Assembly: GCA_002104905.1 (NCBI GenBank)
Contig: MCFE01000491.1
Location: 2,923 to 66,922 of the forward strand
From: Basidiobolus meristosporus CBS 931.73
Lineage: Eukaryota; Fungi; Basidiobolomycota
Length of the DNA stretch: 64,000 nt
Direction of reading: 5' to 3'
Part shown: positions 61,282-64,000 of the stretch, one piece after another
Numbering within the stretch: position 1 is the first letter of the stretch
Layout: each line of letters starts with the position of its first letter
Translations under genes and position numbers: made by a program
The notes under the pieces: generated by a model
Told to the model about the DNA's origin: nothing
The model's input: only the letters and a program-made list of their open reading frames with translations
Database searches by the model: none

Positions 61282-61799
61282 GGGAGGAAAGTCACCAAGT
61301 GGTGAAATCTTTATTTACTTATGACGAGTATCTAAAGAAGCCAAGTTAATCTGAAGTAATTCCTAGAAAGCTAGGTCTGAGAGATATCTTCCTGGTAAGC
61401 CAGGTCTGAGAGTTGAGAGGCTGAGTGGTACTATATTTCCTAGTTAGCTAGGTCTGAGAGAGGTTTCCTGGAAAGCCAGGCCTGAGAAGTGAGAATCTGA
61501 ATATATCTGAGCTAAGTTATCATGGTTTGCGGTAGCTGAATTGTGGCCGGAATGGCCAGTAGACTGGGGGAACTGAGATGAATTTCTGGGCAATCACTGG
61601 CCAAATTTACTAGGCAAATCTGACCAATTAGCATTTCAAGGATTTCAGCCAATCAGAGCCTTTACTTTGCCCGGTGGTTGATCAAGCCATCTCCCAATGA
61701 GCACACATCAATTTATTGATCAAATTTTGCTGGATCCAGGATTTGAACCCACAACCATGGGTATGGAAGGGTTAGGGATAACCACAAGGCTAAGTGTTC
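61281..61799 (-). mobile_element. tRNA-derived SINE-like element C, copy 2 (519 bp)
   Basis: Same length and ends as 59286-59804, with about six substitutions by eye. Followed by ttagggttagggggg. Confidence 0.82.
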
Positions 61800-61810
61800 T
61801 TAGGGTTAGG

Positions 61811-63766
61811 GGGGAGACAGTCACCAACAGGTGAAATCTTTATTTCAGTTGAAACAAAGAAGCCAGCGCTACTGTTGTAGCTTTGATACAAGAGTGTGTA
61901 GCTGAGGGGAATTTGTAGGTAAGTTAATAAGAAGTGATGATAGTTCTTCAGTGCTCAAGACACTGTTCAGTGGGAAGGGGGGTAGCAAGAGAGGTAAGAA
62001 TGACTTGTGAACAACATTAATGAGGGGAATGTGATAAGGATTGATATTCATCATAAAGGGAGTGTGCTGCTGCAGATATTGCTGCCAAAGGTCTGTCAAG
62101 TACTTCAGGTAGGCCAGCTTGGGTTTTTCTGACTGCAGAATATAGTGAGCAAACTTCTTGACTTCAGGATCTCCAAGTATAGTTCTCCAGCAGGAGCCAG
62201 GTGTTGTGTGGTGTGTTCTCTTCCAGGCCTTAATCAGTGGGTTGTTGCAGTTGTGAAGTCTGAGGTATAATCTGGTTCTAAGGTAGAGAAGTCTGATCTT
62301 ATAGGGCATAAACCCAAAAGCACCAAGAATAGCATGTCTGTAGGGGCATTCAGGCAAATGAGGCACCAAGGAGGTAATGCACCATACTGCAAACTTGTCA
62401 AGCTTAGTGCAGTCTCTAGAAGTAAGAGAGAGAAGTGGTAAGCCAAATTCCAGGACAGGGAAGACAAACTGCTTGAGTAGAAGGAGGCAGCTGGGAGCTG
62501 AAGTTGTAGGAGGAGTAACAGCCAGTAGCTTGTGGAGTGCCTGTCTTGCCAGGATAATTCTCTTCTTCAGGTGTGCTCCAGAGTCTAGTCCAGTAGGAAG
62601 GAAAGGAAAGCCAAGATATGTAGCAGAAACCTGAGCAGGTAGAGTGGAGTTCTCCAAGTTGATGGGAGAGCCCAAAGGTACTGTCTTTGCAATGGAAAGC
62701 TGGAGATTATTCTTCTGCAGATACTGGTGGATGGTCTGGGAGTCTTGTTGCACATTGGAGGAGGATATTCTGATGTCATCAGCAAAGAGAGTAACCAGGC
62801 AGTCAGCTGAGAGTCTTGGGAAATCATTCAGGAAGATGGCAAACAGTATAGGACCAAGCACAGAGCCTTGAACCACTCCATTAGGAACTGAGAACACAGC
62901 TGATTGCTCACTTGGGTGCAGAATTCTTGCTTGTGAATCCAGAAACAGAGACCTGACAAGGAGGGTGAGAGTGGTACTGGAGAAGCATTGCAACTTGGAC
63001 CAAAGCAGATTTCTGTCAACTGAATCAAAGGCCTTAGTAATATCAAACAGAACAGAGGGATACTTGCACTGGAGAGAGTGATCTTGGCTAAGTATGACTG
63101 CATATTCCAAGGAGAGGCCAGGAACAAAGCCAAACTGTGCAGGATGAAACTTGAGAGAGTCAGAGTAGAGCTCCTGAGCAAGCAGAAGCTCAAACACCTT
63201 TCTGCAGGTGGGCAGCAGAGATATTGGCCTGTAGGAGCTAGGATCCAGGTGCTTTCCTTTACCCTTGTACAGTGGCAGAACATTTGCAAAGGACCATTCC
63301 TCAGGAGTAGAAAGCTGGGCTGAGCATTGCTGAAACAGTGGAAGCAGAAGTGCAGACATGGCCTTGGTACTAGTCTTCAGAAGCTCATAGGAGATTGTGT
63401 CCACACCTGGAGCAGTAGAGTTGGGAAGCCTCTTGAGCACATTATGGATTCTCCTTTGATCAAGTGCAAGTGGGATGGGCAGAGTCTTGAAGTCAGGATG
63501 AAAGCCAGGAGTTGAGTACTGCTTTGTAGAGAAGAAGATGTTAGCCAGCTGTTCTGTTGAAGGTAACTTTCTGGAAGAGGGCCTCATTGCCCTGTAGAGT
63601 CTTGATGCTGTTCTTGTTATAGAGTTGGAAGATTGCAGAGGCAAAGAACTCATAATATGATCCCAGAGCTGAGTATGCAGAGTGTGGTGAATTGCCTTGG
63701 AGTGGTGTATTGCTGTCAGGAGGAGTTTCTCTGTTTTTGGGTTAGGGAAACTCAGGTAGCTTTGTT
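61811..63766 (-). mobile_element. Family A, copy A3: terminal copy with intact RT ORF, capped by the telomere
   Basis: Shared 3' stem-loop at 61821-61834, RT ORF 61869..63653, 5' end joined directly to the (TTAGGG)n tract. Confidence 0.93.
61869..63653 (-). CDS. Non-LTR (LINE-type) reverse transcriptase, 594 aa, no endonuclease domain visible
   Basis: STAPGVDTI, VLPLYKGKG...SYRPISLL, QFGFVPG, FDITKAFDSV, GVVQGSVLGPILF, FADDI and YLG. Confidence 0.93.
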   Translation of the reverse strand: MSSLPLQSSNSITRTASRLYRAMRPSSRKLPSTEQLANIFFSTKQYSTPGFHPDFKTLPIPLALDQRRIHNVLKRLPNSTAPGVDTISYELLKTSTKAMSALLLPLFQQCSAQLSTPEEWSFANVLPLYKGKGKHLDPSSYRPISLLPTCRKVFELLLAQELYSDSLKFHPAQFGFVPGLSLEYAVILSQDHSLQCKYPSVLFDITKAFDSVDRNLLWSKLQCFSSTTLTLLVRSLFLDSQARILHPSEQSAVFSVPNGVVQGSVLGPILFAIFLNDFPRLSADCLVTLFADDIRISSSNVQQDSQTIHQYLQKNNLQLSIAKTVPLGSPINLENSTLPAQVSATYLGFPFLPTGLDSGAHLKKRIILARQALHKLLAVTPPTTSAPSCLLLLKQFVFPVLEFGLPLLSLTSRDCTKLDKFAVWCITSLVPHLPECPYRHAILGAFGFMPYKIRLLYLRTRLYLRLHNCNNPLIKAWKRTHHTTPGSCWRTILGDPEVKKFAHYILQSEKPKLAYLKYLTDLWQQYLQQHTPFMMNINPYHIPLINVVHKSFLPLLLPPFPLNSVLSTEELSSLLINLPTNSPQLHTLVSKLQQ

Positions 63767-64000
63767 GGGTTAGGGGTTAGGGGTTAGGGTTAGGGTTAGG
63801 GTTAGGGTTAGGGTTAGGGTTAGGGTTAGGGTTAGGTTAGGGTTAGGGTTAGGGTTAGGGTTAGGGTTAGGGTTAGGGTTAGGGTTAGGGTTAGGGTTAG
63901 GGTTAGGGTTAGGGTTAGGGTTAGGGTTAGGGTTAGGGTTAGGGTTAGGGTTAGGGTTAGGGTTAGGGTTAGGGTTAGGGTTAGGGTTAGGGTTAGGGTT
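63767..64000 (+). repeat. Telomere (TTAGGG)n
   Basis: Uninterrupted GGGTTA repeats run to the window end, with one TTAGGGG variant (~63770) and one TTAGG variant (~63832). Confidence 0.99.

Noticed and set aside
62234-63515. Alternative-frame and antisense ORFs over the RT
   Set aside because: Explained as shadows of the RT ORF and its compositional bias.
61869-63653. Penelope-like (Athena/Coprina) or telomerase RT
   Set aside because: The motifs (APG.D, YRPISLL, QFGF, D..KAFDSV, QGS.L.P.LF) are LINE-type.
55788-63766. Hammerhead ribozymes at unit boundaries, as in rotifer Terminons
   Set aside because: I saw no CTGATGA...GAAA core with suitable stems at the boundaries. An Infernal search would be needed to exclude other ribozymes.

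Overview
This window is the right-hand end of a eukaryotic chromosome, almost certainly fungal. Short GT-AG introns, the gene set and the TTAGGG telomere suggest an early-diverging lineage such as Basidiobolus, which is inference only. Positions 1-55200 hold ordinary and orphan genes: RPT5, a COQ1-like prenyl synthase, a SKP1 paralog, an SP-RING protein, PER1, a PARG-like protein, a receiver-domain cAMP phosphodiesterase, SSH4, two GPCRs, ferroportin, MGE1, VMA10, an alpha-arrestin, an acyl-CoA synthetase, TDP1, a small secreted protein and a 679-aa subtelomeric orphan. The main result is the 8-kb block at ~55790-63766, directly inside the telomere (63767-64000). It is a head-to-tail, single-orientation chain of at least four kinds of retro-unit: (A) a LINE-type RT element with no visible endonuclease; (B) a second, diverged RT family; (C) a 519-bp tRNA-derived SINE-like element with a telomeric 9-mer in its head; and (D) an ORF1/Gag-like-only element with a 103-bp 5' monomer array. 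All units share a 3' AATAAAGATTTCACC-loop-GGTGA stem-loop followed by a C-run, and most junctions carry short telomere-like spacers. This looks like a multipartite telomere-targeted retrotransposon system, analogous to Drosophila HeT-A/TART and Magnaporthe MoTeR but with a SINE partner. Exon boundaries and counts were read by eye and no database search was run.
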